DNA of 63,195 nucleotides, the filler included, from Trichomonas gallinae (Eukaryota), in assembly GCA_008369845.1 (NCBI GenBank). It is 6 parts of 6 records of this genome, joined end to end, with 100 filler letters (N's around TTAATTAATTAA, not from the genome) between each part and the next. Parts side by side here need not be neighbours in the genome. Positions count along the whole stretch, not along the records: positions 50,989 to 63,195 come from MRSU01000595.1; 5 more parts are not named here. The stretch is one strand, 5' to 3'. Positions 61,923 to 63,195 of the stretch are shown piece by piece (the stretch's first letter is position 1; each line of letters starts with the position of its first letter). The notes under the pieces are model-generated. The model did not search any database. It had not been told where the DNA came from and saw only the letters and a program-made list of their open reading frames with translations. A program made the position numbers and the translations under genes.

Positions 61923-62357
61923 TTATTTCGAGTTTTTTATTCATCAATAAAAAATAACAGTGCTGTTGGATCATTAACATCTATTATTTGTTTTGGTAGC
62001 CTTAAAGTAGGTGATTACAATTTTATCGAGAATCCAAAATGTACCTATGTTCTCGGCTTTGAATATCCTGCAACAGCTGATCATTGCATAGTTAAAGATA
62101 CTGGTGATCCAAGTACCTGTGCTTTTTACGTATATCTTAATGATGATGATCAAGAAGTCAGAGTTACTAATTTATATTTTGATATTACGTCAAAAACACC
62201 TTGTTCATATGGAAATGTAATTATATAATCTGTCATCCCATTACCAGATATTCAGCCTATTGAAATGATGACATACAGTTATAATTCAATTGAGGCGGTA
62301 AAAGAAGTAACATTATTAGCTTCTTCATTTTCAGAGTTAAGGACATCATTTTCTTAG
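61923..62357 (+). pseudogene. 5'-truncated Cys-rich surface-protein gene fragment
   Basis: About 100 open codons without a start (FYSSIKNNSAVG...YNFIENPKC...DHCIVKD), an in-frame TAA, then more coding-like codons to TAG. Similar debris lies near 62850-62970. Confidence 0.55.
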
Positions 62358-63119
62358 CATCGGGATTTGATTAACTACATAATATGAATTTTTTGATGTT
62401 GGCTTTAAACTGCGACATGATATTTTTTTTAATCAACATTTTATTTAATACAGTATTTTAATATATTGCAAAATCATTTGAGGGTTCTAAGAAATAGTTA
62501 CCTTATGTTGAAAAAATTTTTGTAATGAAAATTTATCGATAAAATTTTACAAAGGTTATTAAATTATAAACGTTCGCAGATTTTACAATTTCGATAATTG
62601 TGTTAATAATATATAGTGCTTTTTATTTTAAATTGAATGTGCTTTGAAAATAATTTTACGTACGGGTGTGGCAATTGTTATTTTTATTGGCTGCTCACCA
62701 CTATCGCGATTTACTATATTCCTAATAACTTTTTGGACTTGTTATCCAAATCATGAGATGAGTTCTTCTACGATGAAAATAATCCAAATCTAGATACTTC
62801 GAATTGCAAAGACGGTTATTTCGGTCAATCCCACTCCTTACCAAAAAGCAAAGTTGTAGCAGAATGTTCTTTTGTTAACCACAAGCAGAAGGAATGCACA
62901 ATATTTGAAGTAAAGCATGACGATTCTTCCATTTGAATATTAAACAATACGACATTTGGCAAAAATTATCATGTCATCGTTGCAAATTACATGTCATTTT
63001 CCCCTCAAATAACCGTTTTTTCCATGGAGAGGCTTAATCATACTTTGATTCTGAAACAATTAACCAAGAATATATGCGAGATTTTGTGAATTTTTTGAAT
63101 CATGCAGATCAGCCTAATA

Positions 63120-63195
63120 TAGGGTGTCCGGACTTTCGTGAGCATCTCAAGTTAGAAGTGTGCTAGATTCGATCTGAACACTGATATAGATAGCC
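63120..63195 (+). mobile_element. Tc1/mariner-type terminus running off the window
   Basis: TA then TAGGGTGTCCGG; homologous to 9911-9986; the sequence ends 76 bp in. Confidence 0.65.

Overview
AT-rich, gene-dense eukaryotic DNA with no introns found. It most likely comes from a trichomonad (Trichomonas-like parabasalid); this is inferred from gene families (BspA-like LRR, DUF3447-type ankyrin, M60-like, AEC carrier, MIR-less PMT, divergent Rab) and TCAYT initiator / CCTTT core-promoter motifs. The window is six contigs joined by five identical artificial 100-bp linkers (N44-TTAATTAATTAA-N44), so adjacency across gaps is unproven. It holds about 26 CDSs (two cut by gaps), tRNA-Gly(TCC), tRNA-Arg(CCT) and several decayed surface-protein or ankyrin pseudogenes. 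Main observations: (1) a dispersed ~102-bp element in two copies whose long hairpin shows a compensatory change and an inverted (flip/flop) GCGAAGC loop; (2) six contig ends stop 74-77 bp inside apparent DNA-transposon tips (TTAA-type, TA-type, AGT-type), two sharing an identical 16-mer, and a seventh end carries a double hairpin; (3) intact ORFs that have lost catalytic residues: a PPDK homolog with phospho-His replaced by Asn, an M60-like protein without HExxH, and a RasGAP-like protein without its arginines; (4) a ~20-bp-phased TGTCA array in a divergent promoter. All family calls are by-eye motif recognition; no database searches were run.
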